Shown here one piece after another: positions 9,179 through 17,769 of a stretch of 64,000 bases of DNA. The notes below the pieces were generated by a model. It was given only the letters and a program-made list of their open reading frames with translations, did not search any database and had not been told where the DNA came from. The position numbers and the translations under genes were made by a program. The stretch is from a virus (lineage: Duplodnaviria; Caudoviricetes). Numbering within the stretch: the first letter of the stretch is position 1; each line of letters begins with the position of its first letter. Where the stretch lies: the IMG/VR virus record IMGVR_UViG_2791355405_000002, positions 1-64,000 of that record. The stretch is one strand, 5' to 3'.

Positions 9179-10183
9179 TCAGCCGTCGGCCGCGCGGCGC
9201 CACGCCGTCCCGGAAGAAGCGCGGTGGCCGCCGCCGGGGGTGTAGACGTGAGTCGCCAGAGCGGTCTGGACGAGGTGGTCGGAGATGGCCCGTGAGATGA
9301 CCATGCCGGTGGCGGTCTCCACGAAACCGAACTGGCCTGCCGGGTTGGCTTCCAGGAACCACCACGTGCCGTTGTGGTCGACGGCGAAGTCCAGCGCCGC
9401 GTACTCCAGGCCCAGCTCACGCATGAGTTTCTGGACCTTCTGGTTCAGGGGCAGGCTGATGCCCACAGCCTCGAAAGTCAGGTCTTTCTCTGGTGCAGCC
9501 CGCCAGTCCAGTGCGTCGTTGGACGTGACCTTGCACGGGAACGCCCTGTCCCCGACCACGGTCAGACGGACGTCGTACGCCTTGTCCACCAGCTTCTGGA
9601 AGTAACAGACGGTCTGACGCACGCTGTCCTCCGCCGCCCCGATCTCCTCGGCAGTCACCAGCCGCGCCTGGACGAACCGGTCGGGGTGCGCGAGGAGCGT
9701 CTTGCACACCACCTGGCCGTCCTGCTCCCTGGCGAACGCGGCAGCCTGGACGGGGTCGTTGGTGTACAGCGCCGACGGGGTCCGGAAGCCCAGCGACGCC
9801 GCTAACTTCAGTTGCCGGGGTCCCGGCCGGGCCGCTTGGGCCCGGCGCGGGTGGTTGACCCACAGCACGTCATCGAGACCGTAAAGGAAGTCCTCCAGGA
9901 TGGTCCTGGACTCCCCCTCCGCCCAACTACCGGGGAGGTTCGGGTGCCACCAGAAGACGGACACGACCGACTGCGAGAGCGTGGTGCGGTGCTCATCCTC
10001 GATCCTGAACCTCAAGGGTTCGTCGTCCGAGAAGCCGGTCATCCTCAACAGGCCCGGTCGCGCGAGGTCGGCCGGGTCGATGCGGTGGATGTCGACCCCG
10101 CGTTCCTGGATCTGCCGTATCACGAGGTCGGCACTCAAGTCGTCGGGTGCAGTGACGACGAGCACTGTGGGTGGATGAGGCAT
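9179..10183 (-). CDS. tgmB: ATP-grasp RiPP maturase (graspetide synthetase, MvdC/MvdD/TgmB-like)
   Basis: TVLVVTAPDDLSADLVI, WVNHP, FQKLVDKAYDVRLTVVG, LDWR and WFLEANPAGQFGF motifs; start 3 nt after the precursor stop; in-frame TTA at 9803-9805. Confidence 0.9.
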   Translation of the reverse strand: MPHPPTVLVVTAPDDLSADLVIRQIQERGVDIHRIDPADLARPGLLRMTGFSDDEPLRFRIEDEHRTTLSQSVVSVFWWHPNLPGSWAEGESRTILEDFLYGLDDVLWVNHPRRAQAARPGPRQLKLAASLGFRTPSALYTNDPVQAAAFAREQDGQVVCKTLLAHPDRFVQARLVTAEEIGAAEDSVRQTVCYFQKLVDKAYDVRLTVVGDRAFPCKVTSNDALDWRAAPEKDLTFEAVGISLPLNQKVQKLMRELGLEYAALDFAVDHNGTWWFLEANPAGQFGFVETATGMVISRAISDHLVQTALATHVYTPGGGHRASSGTAWRRAADG

Positions 10184-10185
10184 GG

Positions 10186-10458
10186 TCAGTCGTCGTCCTT
10201 CTTGAGTCCCGTGGAGTTGTGGGTCATCGTCGGCCCGAACAGCGCGTGCGGGGCATGGGCGAAGTCGTCGTCCTTCTTGAATCCCTTGCTGTTGTGGGTC
10301 ATCGTCGTGGCCTGGACGTCGGCGACGTCCACCACGGCCTCTCCGCTGGTGATCACGTTGAGCTGGCGGAGCCGGTCGTAGGAGAACGGCGGCGTACGGT
10401 CGGCGGGAGGCGTCGGCACCTCGGTGAGAAGCGCGAACGGGGTAGATGCGGCGGTCAT
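10186..10458 (-). CDS. tgmA: ATP-grasp-modified RiPP precursor with two core repeats
   Basis: Leader PFAL...YDRLRQLNV..G; cores TTMTHNSKGFKKDDD and PTMTHNSTGLKKDDD; adjacent to the ATP-grasp gene. Confidence 0.88.
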   Translation of the reverse strand: MTAASTPFALLTEVPTPPADRTPPFSYDRLRQLNVITSGEAVVDVADVQATTMTHNSKGFKKDDDFAHAPHALFGPTMTHNSTGLKKDDD

Positions 10459-10768
10459 GGAGGGATCCTTCGGGCGTCGGGTGTGAGCCTAGCGCCGGAC
10501 AGGCGCCAGGTTGGGCGGACGAGCGGGGTAACTCCGAAGGTGCCTGGGCCTGCGGCTCCAAGGTCACCCGATCGCGTAGTTCAGCCCGACTGCACCGTGG
10601 CCGTCGATCGTCAGCATGTGGTTCCTCGGTCTCTGGTCACTGGTCTATGGTCGGCCTACGCCGGGTTCCATTCTGGCAACATCTCGGAGGCTGCGGCAGG
10701 TCGCTGACCAGCCATTTCGAGGAGACCGCGAGGGGCGCCCCATCCGACTCTGTAGCCCTGCCCGACAT

Positions 10769-10801
10769 CACGAAGGCCCCGGAGCATCGAACTCCGGGGC
10801 C
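10769..10801 (-). terminator. Hairpin terminator after gntR; direct-repeat copy 2
   Basis: 30/33 nt identical to 9125-9157. Confidence 0.7.
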
Positions 10802-10821
10802 TAAGATGGCGGTCAAAACGC

Positions 10822-11499
10822 TCAGGTAAGGACGAGAGGGTGGCCGGGCGCGTACGCGCTCTCGCCGACACCGATCACCGTATTGCCTGTCACGTAGACG
10901 CTCCGCATCACCAGCACGTCGCGGTCGGCGTCCAGGCCGAACGCCTCCCGCTCCTCCAGTGTCGTGGTGCGGACGTCCACGGTCTTGGAGGCCACCTTGA
11001 CCGGGTTGCCGGAACGGTCCTGGTAGAGGGCCTGCCATGTGGGATCGCAGGCCTGGGGCTCGTCGATCTCCGGCACGACGTCGGCAACAGCGATGCGCAC
11101 CCACGACTGCGATGCCTGGACGACCTCGTCCCCGCGATTCACGGTGCGAACGCGGTTCACGCACTCGTCCTCCCCGAGATGATCCGCGACCCAATCCGGG
11201 GCCTGTACGCGCTCGCTGCGCAGGTGGTGGATCGTCTCGCCAGCCTGCGTGATGCCCGCGATGCGCTTCTCGCCCGCGATGAGCCGGCGCCGGTCGGCGA
11301 CGAAGACGCCCCGCCCCTGCTGGGACGTCACGTAGCCCTCGGCTTTCAGCAACGCGATGCCGCGATAGACGGCGTTGTCGCTGATCATGAACTGCTTCTC
11401 CAGAGCCGAGGTGGGCGGCAGCCGGTCGCCCGGCTTCAGAGTTCCCAGGTCAATACGTGCTTTCAGGTAGTCGACCATGCGCTTCACAGTGCCAGCCAT
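10822..11499 (-). CDS. GntR (HutC-type, UTRA domain) regulator, KorA/TraR-like
   Basis: LKPGDRLPPT...LLKAEGYVTSQQGRGVFV wHTH followed by a UTRA-like C-terminus. Confidence 0.88.
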   Translation of the reverse strand: MAGTVKRMVDYLKARIDLGTLKPGDRLPPTSALEKQFMISDNAVYRGIALLKAEGYVTSQQGRGVFVADRRRLIAGEKRIAGITQAGETIHHLRSERVQAPDWVADHLGEDECVNRVRTVNRGDEVVQASQSWVRIAVADVVPEIDEPQACDPTWQALYQDRSGNPVKVASKTVDVRTTTLEEREAFGLDADRDVLVMRSVYVTGNTVIGVGESAYAPGHPLVLT

Positions 11500-11532
11500 C
11501 GGGGTCTCCTCGGGTCTTCCTATCGGATGCGG

Positions 11533-11590
11533 TTGACGGTACCGGACCGCTGCTCTAACTTCCTACAGGAGGGACACTTCCTGTAGGAAG
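11533..11590 (+). promoter_or_regulatory. Promoter TTGACG-17-TAACTT overlapped by two palindromic operators (CTTCCTACAGGAG, CTTCCTGTAGGAAG)
   Basis: Lies between divergent gntR and 11653 genes; operators at 11559-11571 and 11577-11590. Confidence 0.7.
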
Positions 11591-11652
11591 CCTCACATGG
11601 GTATCCCCATGAATTCGATAAATCACACACGCGCTTGACCACGGAGGACCGC

Positions 11653-12033
11653 ATGGCCGCCACCATCGCTCTGCCCGCCACTGTCGAGATCGCCGACCGC
11701 GCGGCGGAGATTCACGCGGCCTGGACGGCCGACCCGGATCTGCCGGCCGTCGCTGGGAGCATGGCCGACGCCGTCCGCGTACTGGCCGTGCGCGCGGCCG
11801 TGCACGAGGCGACCGGCGACGAGCGGGCGGCGGCGCTCGCGGCCCCGGTGGCGGTGGAGCTGTCCGCGATGCTGGTGGAACGCCAGTTCCCGCAGGTACA
11901 CGATGTGATGAAACGGACCGGTCATCGGTTCATCGCCGGCGAGGCGGGCACCCGCTGGCAGCCTGGCGACTACGCCCACCAGGCCTACGTCGGAGCCTTC
12001 GGCCCGGTAGGCGGGCGGCACTGGACGGTGTAA
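11653..12033 (+). CDS. Hypothetical protein, probably GntR-controlled
   Basis: ATG with GGAGG RBS, typical codon usage. Confidence 0.75.
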   Translation: MAATIALPATVEIADRAAEIHAAWTADPDLPAVAGSMADAVRVLAVRAAVHEATGDERAAALAAPVAVELSAMLVERQFPQVHDVMKRTGHRFIAGEAGTRWQPGDYAHQAYVGAFGPVGGRHWTV

Positions 12034-12042
12034 CGCGCCGAG

Positions 12043-12090
12043 CACGACGAAGCCCCGGGACCTGTGGTGGAGTCCCGGGGCTTCGTCGTG
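12043..12090. terminator. Bidirectional hairpin terminator
   Basis: CACGACGAAGCCCCGGGAC...GTCCCGGGGCTTCGTCGTG between convergent genes. Confidence 0.8.
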
Positions 12091-12097
12091 TCTGAGG

Positions 12098-12325
12098 TCA
12101 AGCCCCGTACTCCGCTTGGGCTTCGGCGGCCTTCTCCCGCACGGCCGCAAGGAAGTCCTCTACGTCCTCCAGGGCCACGCGCACGAGTTCACCGCCCGCG
12201 TCCATCACCGGAGTCATATCGACGGCCGGGCGCCCGTCCTTGTCCCGCGCGGCGCTGATCTCGATGCCGTCGCCAGACTCGTCCGTGTACGTGATGCACT
12301 TTCCGTGCCGGGTCAACCCGCTCAT
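12098..12325 (-). CDS. Hypothetical protein
   Basis: ATGA overlap with the upstream gene. Confidence 0.65.
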   Translation of the reverse strand: MSGLTRHGKCITYTDESGDGIEISAARDKDGRPAVDMTPVMDAGGELVRVALEDVEDFLAAVREKAAEAQAEYGA

Positions 12326-12828
12326 AGGGCAGCCTCGGGGACCGCCTCGGGGACAATCTCCCTGGCCCTCACGGCTTGGCCCATCGGGACGTCCGTGTCG
12401 CTGTGCAGGTCGCACGAGAACCGGTCGCACGGCCGTCCGAGGTCAGCCTGACGGGCGTAGTGCGCTTCCCGCCCGGCCTTCAGCCAGTCGTCGCCGTCGG
12501 TGTACTCCGGGTTCCACGCGGTCCAACTATCCAGGGCCTTAGCCAGGTGCGGCCCGTCGTAGAACTCGCTGTAGCCGAACATCGCGATGTGGTCGACCCA
12601 GGACGTCCGGCTGGACTCGTAGGCCCGGCGGCTCATGTCGTGGCCGCTGCTCGGGTTGATGTCGTCCAGGTCCACGCCCCGGGCGACGCACAGAGCTATG
12701 CGCGCATCGTCCATGTCGGTGCGCTGCTCCACACCAGCCACGGTCCGCAGGTCGTCCTTGCCTCGGGCGAGGCTGAACATGCGCAGCGTGGCCCGGCTGC
12801 GCATCCTGTCGGCGTCAGTGCGTCCCAT
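12322..12828 (-). CDS. Hypothetical protein
   Basis: Preceded by GACCAAGGAACGAGG motif. Confidence 0.75.
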   Translation of the reverse strand: MGRTDADRMRSRATLRMFSLARGKDDLRTVAGVEQRTDMDDARIALCVARGVDLDDINPSSGHDMSRRAYESSRTSWVDHIAMFGYSEFYDGPHLAKALDSWTAWNPEYTDGDDWLKAGREAHYARQADLGRPCDRFSCDLHSDTDVPMGQAVRAREIVPEAVPEAAL

Positions 12829-12895
12829 CTCTTCCTCGTTCCTTGGTCGGTACGGCGAAGCCCCGGGACGTGGTGTCCCGGGGCTGGGCAGCGGG

Positions 12896-13543
12896 TCAGA
12901 CGGCGACGGCTCGGCGCTTCGGAGCCTTGCGGACGCTCTGAACGACGTAGTCCTTCGGGTCTTCGGAGTCGAGTGGCCAGGTCTGGCCTGTGCGCGCCAT
13001 CTCCGCGCGGGCCTTGGCGTTCTTGGCTTGGGCGGCAGCGATCTTCTCGGCGACCGCGATGCGCGCGGCCTCGTCCTTGTCCGCTGCTTCCACCTTGCGC
13101 GTACCGGCTCCGATCATGCCGCCGTTGGGGTGGTGGTGCTCTATGGTGACGCGGTAAGCCTCGCGGACCTCGCGTGCCGTGTCGCGGACGGTGGTCATGG
13201 TCTCCACGGCCTGGTCCATCGGGACGTCCGTGTCGCCGCGCTCCTCGCGCACCACGGCGTAGACGGCCGCGTACATCTCGCAGATCATGAGCCGTCCAGC
13301 GGCCATCACGCGGCCCATGAAGCCGGTCGCGGCTTCGTGCTTCTCACGCGCCTCGGCGATCTTGCCCGCGTAGTAGAACGCCTGGTCCGACGAGTAGTTG
13401 CTGCGGACGGTCGTCTCGACCAGGCCGAGTCCGTCGCGGATCGTCTTGTTGGCGGTGGCCTGGCTGATGAGTCCGTTACGGACGTAGGGCGCCATCGCGT
13501 CGCGGGCCGCTCGCTCCGTCTTAGACATCTCACGTCGGGTCAT
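12896..13543 (-). CDS. Hypothetical protein
   Basis: Preceded by the start-associated motif and a palindromic promoter. Confidence 0.75.
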   Translation of the reverse strand: MTRREMSKTERAARDAMAPYVRNGLISQATANKTIRDGLGLVETTVRSNYSSDQAFYYAGKIAEAREKHEAATGFMGRVMAAGRLMICEMYAAVYAVVREERGDTDVPMDQAVETMTTVRDTAREVREAYRVTIEHHHPNGGMIGAGTRKVEAADKDEAARIAVAEKIAAAQAKNAKARAEMARTGQTWPLDSEDPKDYVVQSVRKAPKRRAVAV

Positions 13544-13584
13544 CTGCGATCCCTCATTCCTTGGTCGCCGGGACTCCCGTCCCG

Positions 13585-13621
13585 ATGACTTAATTAAATC
13601 ATAGGCTCGGCGAGCGGACAA
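13585..13621 (-). promoter_or_regulatory. Early promoter/operator TTGTCC-17-TTTAAT with ATGATTTAATTAAGTCAT palindrome
   Basis: Member of the repeated AT-rich palindrome family. Confidence 0.75.
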
Positions 13622-13670
13622 CCCGCAGAGTGCCACGGAACCCGGTTCCCGCAGAATCGCTCCTGGGGAG

Positions 13671-13692
13671 GCTCAAAACGTGTGTTTTGAGC
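13671..13692. repeat. Inverted repeat GCTCAAAAC-GTGT-GTTTTGAGC upstream of the recombinase (candidate recombination or autoregulatory site)
   Basis: Perfect 9-bp arms, 35 nt upstream of the tyrosine recombinase. Confidence 0.45.
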
Positions 13693-13726
13693 ACGGCTGA
13701 CGGGGCCTCCGGGTAGGGTCAGCGAT

Positions 13727-14806
13727 GTGACGATCATGACGGCGGTCGGCTCCACCACCCTCGCCACCGACGACCCGACACTGCGCGCGGTGACCCGTCT
13801 GCGCGAGCGGCTGGGCACGGTCGCGCCTCGCGACCCGAAGACACGCCGGCTCGGGCCGCGCGTCCACCGGTTGGACCTGCTGCACGAGCTGTGCGAGGCG
13901 CAGACGTTCGAGCACGTCGTGGGGTGGCTGTCCTCCGAGCGGCTGAGTGACGGCACCCGGCGGGAGTACGCCGACGACGTCCGCCACTGGGCCCGCGCCG
14001 GCCGGGAGCTGGTGGGCACGGAACCGTGGTACCTCGGGGCGATCACCTCCGACGTCATCCCGGCGTGGCGCGCGTGGACCGATGACCTCGGGCTCGGGCC
14101 CCGGCGGGTCAACCGCCTGGCGTCGTCGCTGACTTCGCTGATCGAGTACACCAAGTTCCGCACCCGGGCGGAGATCCTCAACCCGATCACCAAGCACGAC
14201 CGGCCTGTGATCGACCCGCACGACGAGTCGGCCATGACGCCGATCCTGGAGGTGCCGGAATTCCAGGCCGTCGTCGCGCAGGCGCAGACACCCCGGCAGG
14301 CCCTCGTCCCGGTGCTCATCTACACCCTGGCCGGCCGGGTATCGGAGTGCTGCGCGGCAGGCAAGCACCACATGGACTCCACCGGCGGGGAGTGCAAGCT
14401 GGACCTGACCCGCAAGGGCGGCAAGGGCCGGAAGTTCACGCTGCCGCCGCTGCTGTGCGAGCTGGGCGCCCGCTGCTGGGGTGATCGGGAGTCCGGGCCG
14501 CTGCTCCTGGACGACGACGACCGGCCGATGGACCGGCACGCGGTGGACCGGCTGCTGAACCGCCTCGGCCGCGCGGCCGGCGTCCTTCCCGGCCGGGACC
14601 TCACCCCGCACGTGCTGCGCGCGAGCAAGCTGACGCACATGTACGACCAGGGCGTGAAGCCCGACGACATCAGGCGGTTCGCCGATCACAGCCACATCGC
14701 TACGACCATGCGGTACATCCGACGACGGGACGACGAGGCCCTCAAGCGCGAGCACGCGGCGGCGGCCGTCCACGTCTACGAAGGCCTGGTGGACCGGTTC
14801 CTGTGA
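13727..14806 (+). CDS. Tyrosine recombinase (XerC/D-like)
   Basis: GRVSE, RKGGK, TPHVLR, DHSHIATTMRY catalytic motifs. Confidence 0.9.
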   Translation: MTIMTAVGSTTLATDDPTLRAVTRLRERLGTVAPRDPKTRRLGPRVHRLDLLHELCEAQTFEHVVGWLSSERLSDGTRREYADDVRHWARAGRELVGTEPWYLGAITSDVIPAWRAWTDDLGLGPRRVNRLASSLTSLIEYTKFRTRAEILNPITKHDRPVIDPHDESAMTPILEVPEFQAVVAQAQTPRQALVPVLIYTLAGRVSECCAAGKHHMDSTGGECKLDLTRKGGKGRKFTLPPLLCELGARCWGDRESGPLLLDDDDRPMDRHAVDRLLNRLGRAAGVLPGRDLTPHVLRASKLTHMYDQGVKPDDIRRFADHSHIATTMRYIRRRDDEALKREHAAAAVHVYEGLVDRFL

Positions 14807-14812
14807 CGCGGA

Positions 14813-14842
14813 GAAGCCCCGGACCACGGGGCCCGGGGCTTC
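14813..14842. terminator. Hairpin terminator between convergent genes
   Basis: GAAGCCCCGG...CCGGGGCTTC. Confidence 0.7.
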
Positions 14843-14857
14843 GGCTGTGGGGCCGGA

Positions 14858-16123
14858 TCATACCGACGCGGTCACTCCGGCCGCCATCTCCCGCAGCCGG
14901 TCGACCACCGCGCGGCAGTCCGACGAGGCCCGGTGGTCCCCGCCGTACAGCGGCTGCCAGCGGTAGTCACCGTGATAGTCGGACCACTCCCCCACCCAGT
15001 CGGAGTACGGCACCATCGCGTCCTCGAACCGCATCGACTCCAGCCACGCGGCGACGGACGCGGCCGGGTCGTCGTGGCCCACTGCGCGGTAGTGCAGCGT
15101 CAGCTCGTGCCGCAGCCGTCCAACGTCGAACGCCCGGTTGTAGATCAGGCACCGACGGTTGACCAGCGCGCCGGTGAGCTGCACGAGGACGTCGCCGAAC
15201 CGGGGCTGCCCCCGCACGTCCGCGTCGGCGATGCCGTGGACGTCCGTCGCCTCGGCGGGAATCGGCTCGCCCGGGTCGAGCAGCGTGTCCACGAGGACGT
15301 CCCCGCCGACGGTCAGCACGGCCAGGTTGACGATGCGCGCCTCGTCGTGCAGGCCGGTGGTCTCCGTGTCCAGGACGACCGCGCCCGGGTCAGCGAGAAC
15401 GTCCCACGCCCACGCGGACAGCTCGGCGACCTCCCGGCGCCGGGCCTCCTCAGCGCGGCGCTCGTTCTCCACAGCCTCGTGGCGCTGGGCCTCGTACCAA
15501 CGGTCGTAAGCCTCGTCGCACGGTGGGCACCTCCGGGGACCGAGCCAGGTCCCGGCGGCCCGCGCCTCGTTGACCTCATCGTCCGTCGCGGTCTGCACCG
15601 TGCAGTCGCTGCCGGGGTGCCCCGGGCAGGTACGCCGCCACACGATCTCCCGCTCGTCGGCGAGCTGCTTGCAGATCGCATAGCGGATCCGGCAGTGGTC
15701 GCACGCGGGCCATCCGTGCACGTCCTTCGGCAGTGCGGCCCCGGCCTCGCGCCTGCACCGCTCACAGGTCCGTGCCTGTCGGTCCTGCGCTTCCTGCTGC
15801 GCTCGCGCGCGGCACTCGGAGCACCGGGTGTAGACGACGTACCCGCGCACCTCCCGGCACTCCGGGCACGTGCGCCGGGCCTCCATGGCCTGCCTCTGCT
15901 TCGCGGACAGCGGGCGCATCTTCACCGCCCCGGCCGGGTCGTACAACGGGAACTCGCCCCAGCCGTGCCCGCGCCGGTACACCCGCAGCAGGGCCACGGG
16001 TTCCTGTCCGTCGGCCGGCTTCATCCGGTCCTTCTTCAGCTCCGTCATGGTGCGCAGGTGCCGGTGCTGCTCGGGGACGTCCCGGCGCTCGTAGACCGGG
16101 AGCGACGTGGTGGTGTCGGTCAT
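14858..16123 (-). CDS. DnaQ-like DEDDh 3'-5' exonuclease with Cys-rich N-terminus
   Basis: VLDTETTG, YNRAFD, HRASSD motifs; several CxxC pairs. Confidence 0.85.
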   Translation of the reverse strand: MTDTTTSLPVYERRDVPEQHRHLRTMTELKKDRMKPADGQEPVALLRVYRRGHGWGEFPLYDPAGAVKMRPLSAKQRQAMEARRTCPECREVRGYVVYTRCSECRARAQQEAQDRQARTCERCRREAGAALPKDVHGWPACDHCRIRYAICKQLADEREIVWRRTCPGHPGSDCTVQTATDDEVNEARAAGTWLGPRRCPPCDEAYDRWYEAQRHEAVENERRAEEARRREVAELSAWAWDVLADPGAVVLDTETTGLHDEARIVNLAVLTVGGDVLVDTLLDPGEPIPAEATDVHGIADADVRGQPRFGDVLVQLTGALVNRRCLIYNRAFDVGRLRHELTLHYRAVGHDDPAASVAAWLESMRFEDAMVPYSDWVGEWSDYHGDYRWQPLYGGDHRASSDCRAVVDRLREMAAGVTASV

Positions 16124-16158
16124 GTCGGGAAGCTACCGCGAGGCACTGACAACGAGGA

Positions 16159-16419
16159 TCACCGCCGGGCCTCCCGCGCACCGGCGACGACCCCGTCAAG
16201 GAAGGCGTACACGCTCGCCCGGTCCATCGGGCTCTGACCGCTGCCGCCGACGTGCACCGCGTACTTGTCGTCGCCCAGGTCGATGATGTGGATATTCAGA
16301 CCGGTCTCACAGGCAGCAACGCCAGCGGACCACTGAACCTCCAGGTGGGGCGGCCAGTTGGGGTCGTACGGCGGGGTGTGGCTTCCGTCAGGGTTCCTCG
16401 TCACGTTCACGCGTGACAC
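16159..16419 (-). CDS. Hypothetical protein
   Basis: ORF in strand and codon context. Confidence 0.55.
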   Translation of the reverse strand: MSRVNVTRNPDGSHTPPYDPNWPPHLEVQWSAGVAACETGLNIHIIDLGDDKYAVHVGGSGQSPMDRASVYAFLDGVVAGAREARR

Positions 16420-16456
16420 GCTACCGGCCGGCGCAGTGGGGCCGAGGCCGTTTCGG

Positions 16457-16888
16457 TCAGGCCCACTCGCGCGAGGCGAGCAGGGCCGAGGCAGCCCACA
16501 CCGCGCCCCAGACGAGGAACGGCGCCGGTACGCCGACGGTGAGGTCCACGGCGGCTGTGAGTGCGGCGGCCAGCCATCCGGACACGCACCACGGACAACT
16601 CACCAGCTCCGCCAGCCAGTACGGCGACCACTTGGCCCGGCGCACGTAGCGGTTCATCCGGCCGTCGATGCGCATCACGGTGCCGAGGCGGATGTGGTGC
16701 GTCGCGGTGTCAGTGCCGAGGTCGCCGACCTCAGGGTGTCGCTCCAGCTCCCGCGTGGTCAGCGGGCGCCATCCGCCGGCGAGCCGGTCGCGTAGCCACA
16801 GCACGGGCGGGAAATCGTCGCGCACGGCGAGGCGGGACGCACGGTAGTTGGCGAGGATCATGCAGGCGATGAGCAGCCAGACGGGCAC
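16457..16888 (-). CDS. DUF1360-like membrane protein
   Basis: YRASRLAVRDD...LVSCPWCVSGW; GTG with GGAG RBS. Confidence 0.75.
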   Translation of the reverse strand: MPVWLLIACMILANYRASRLAVRDDFPPVLWLRDRLAGGWRPLTTRELERHPEVGDLGTDTATHHIRLGTVMRIDGRMNRYVRRAKWSPYWLAELVSCPWCVSGWLAAALTAAVDLTVGVPAPFLVWGAVWAASALLASREWA

Positions 16889-17003
16889 GGTCAGGGCTCC
16901 ATGGTCTGTGGACGGGACGCCCTGTCGGGCGACGGTTGGAGGTGGCCACCAGGCCGAGCGCCCCGCCTCAAAGGAGGACGTTGCGCCTGGTGGCCCGGTT
17001 GCG

Positions 17004-17369
17004 TCAAGCGACGAGACGGCCCGGAGGGGAGACCTCGGGCGGCTGCGGCGCGGCAACGTTCGGCCGGGTCACGAACCAGGCGATGAGCAGCATGACGGCG
17101 CCGACGACCTTGGCCTGCGTCTCGGAGTCCCACTCGAACGCGAAGTAGCTCGTGAGCGACACTCCCGCGACCACGAGGCCGTTCAGTGCCGCGATGATGC
17201 CGTCGCCGACCTGGACGGCGACGATGACGCCGAGCACGGCCGCGACGATGGCCGTGACGATGGACTGGAGCTGCGGGTCGAACCCGAGGCCGAACGCGCT
17301 GAGGAGCTGCCACAGCGCTCCGACGGCTGCCAGCCACGCGGCCGGCTCCCTGCCGAACACCTTGCCCAT
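17004..17369 (-). CDS. Holin-like membrane protein
   Basis: VFGREPAAW N-terminus, four hydrophobic segments, AGGAGG RBS. Confidence 0.7.
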   Translation of the reverse strand: MGKVFGREPAAWLAAVGALWQLLSAFGLGFDPQLQSIVTAIVAAVLGVIVAVQVGDGIIAALNGLVVAGVSLTSYFAFEWDSETQAKVVGAVMLLIAWFVTRPNVAAPQPPEVSPPGRLVA

Positions 17370-17421
17370 GATTGCCTCCTTGGGGATCAATCCCGGGGCA
17401 GAGTAGGGCAGATCCTCTGAT

Positions 17422-17712
17422 TCACCGACTCGTCTGGTCAGGGCGGGCCAGCGCGCGGTCCAGCTTGGACTCGATGCGCTCCAGGTCCCGGGCGTCGGCC
17501 TTGAACATGATGTGCTTCGCCCCGAGCAGCAGGATGGCCTGGAACACGAGCTGCAACCATTCCGACTGCCAGTTCTCGAACGTGGCCGACCAGAACTCCG
17601 ACCACCCCTCTTGGTCGATCTTCGGCTGCATGGCGACGAGCTGTCCGGCCCACGAGCCGGCGAACAGCAGGACGAGGATGTAGACCGCGCCCCAGCGGCG
17701 GAGATGCTGCAC
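17422..17712 (-). CDS. DUF6766-like membrane protein
   Basis: FWSATFENWQSEWLQL motif. Confidence 0.65.
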   Translation of the reverse strand: MQHLRRWGAVYILVLLFAGSWAGQLVAMQPKIDQEGWSEFWSATFENWQSEWLQLVFQAILLLGAKHIMFKADARDLERIESKLDRALARPDQTSR

Positions 17713-17769
17713 GGCGTCCCTCCCGAGATAGGTCCGGGCAGGGTAGGGCAGGCCGCCGGATTCGCCGAC

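Noticed and set aside
9179-10567. 462-aa precursor-ligase fusion
   Set aside because: The extension overlaps the precursor in another frame; the true start is ATG 10183
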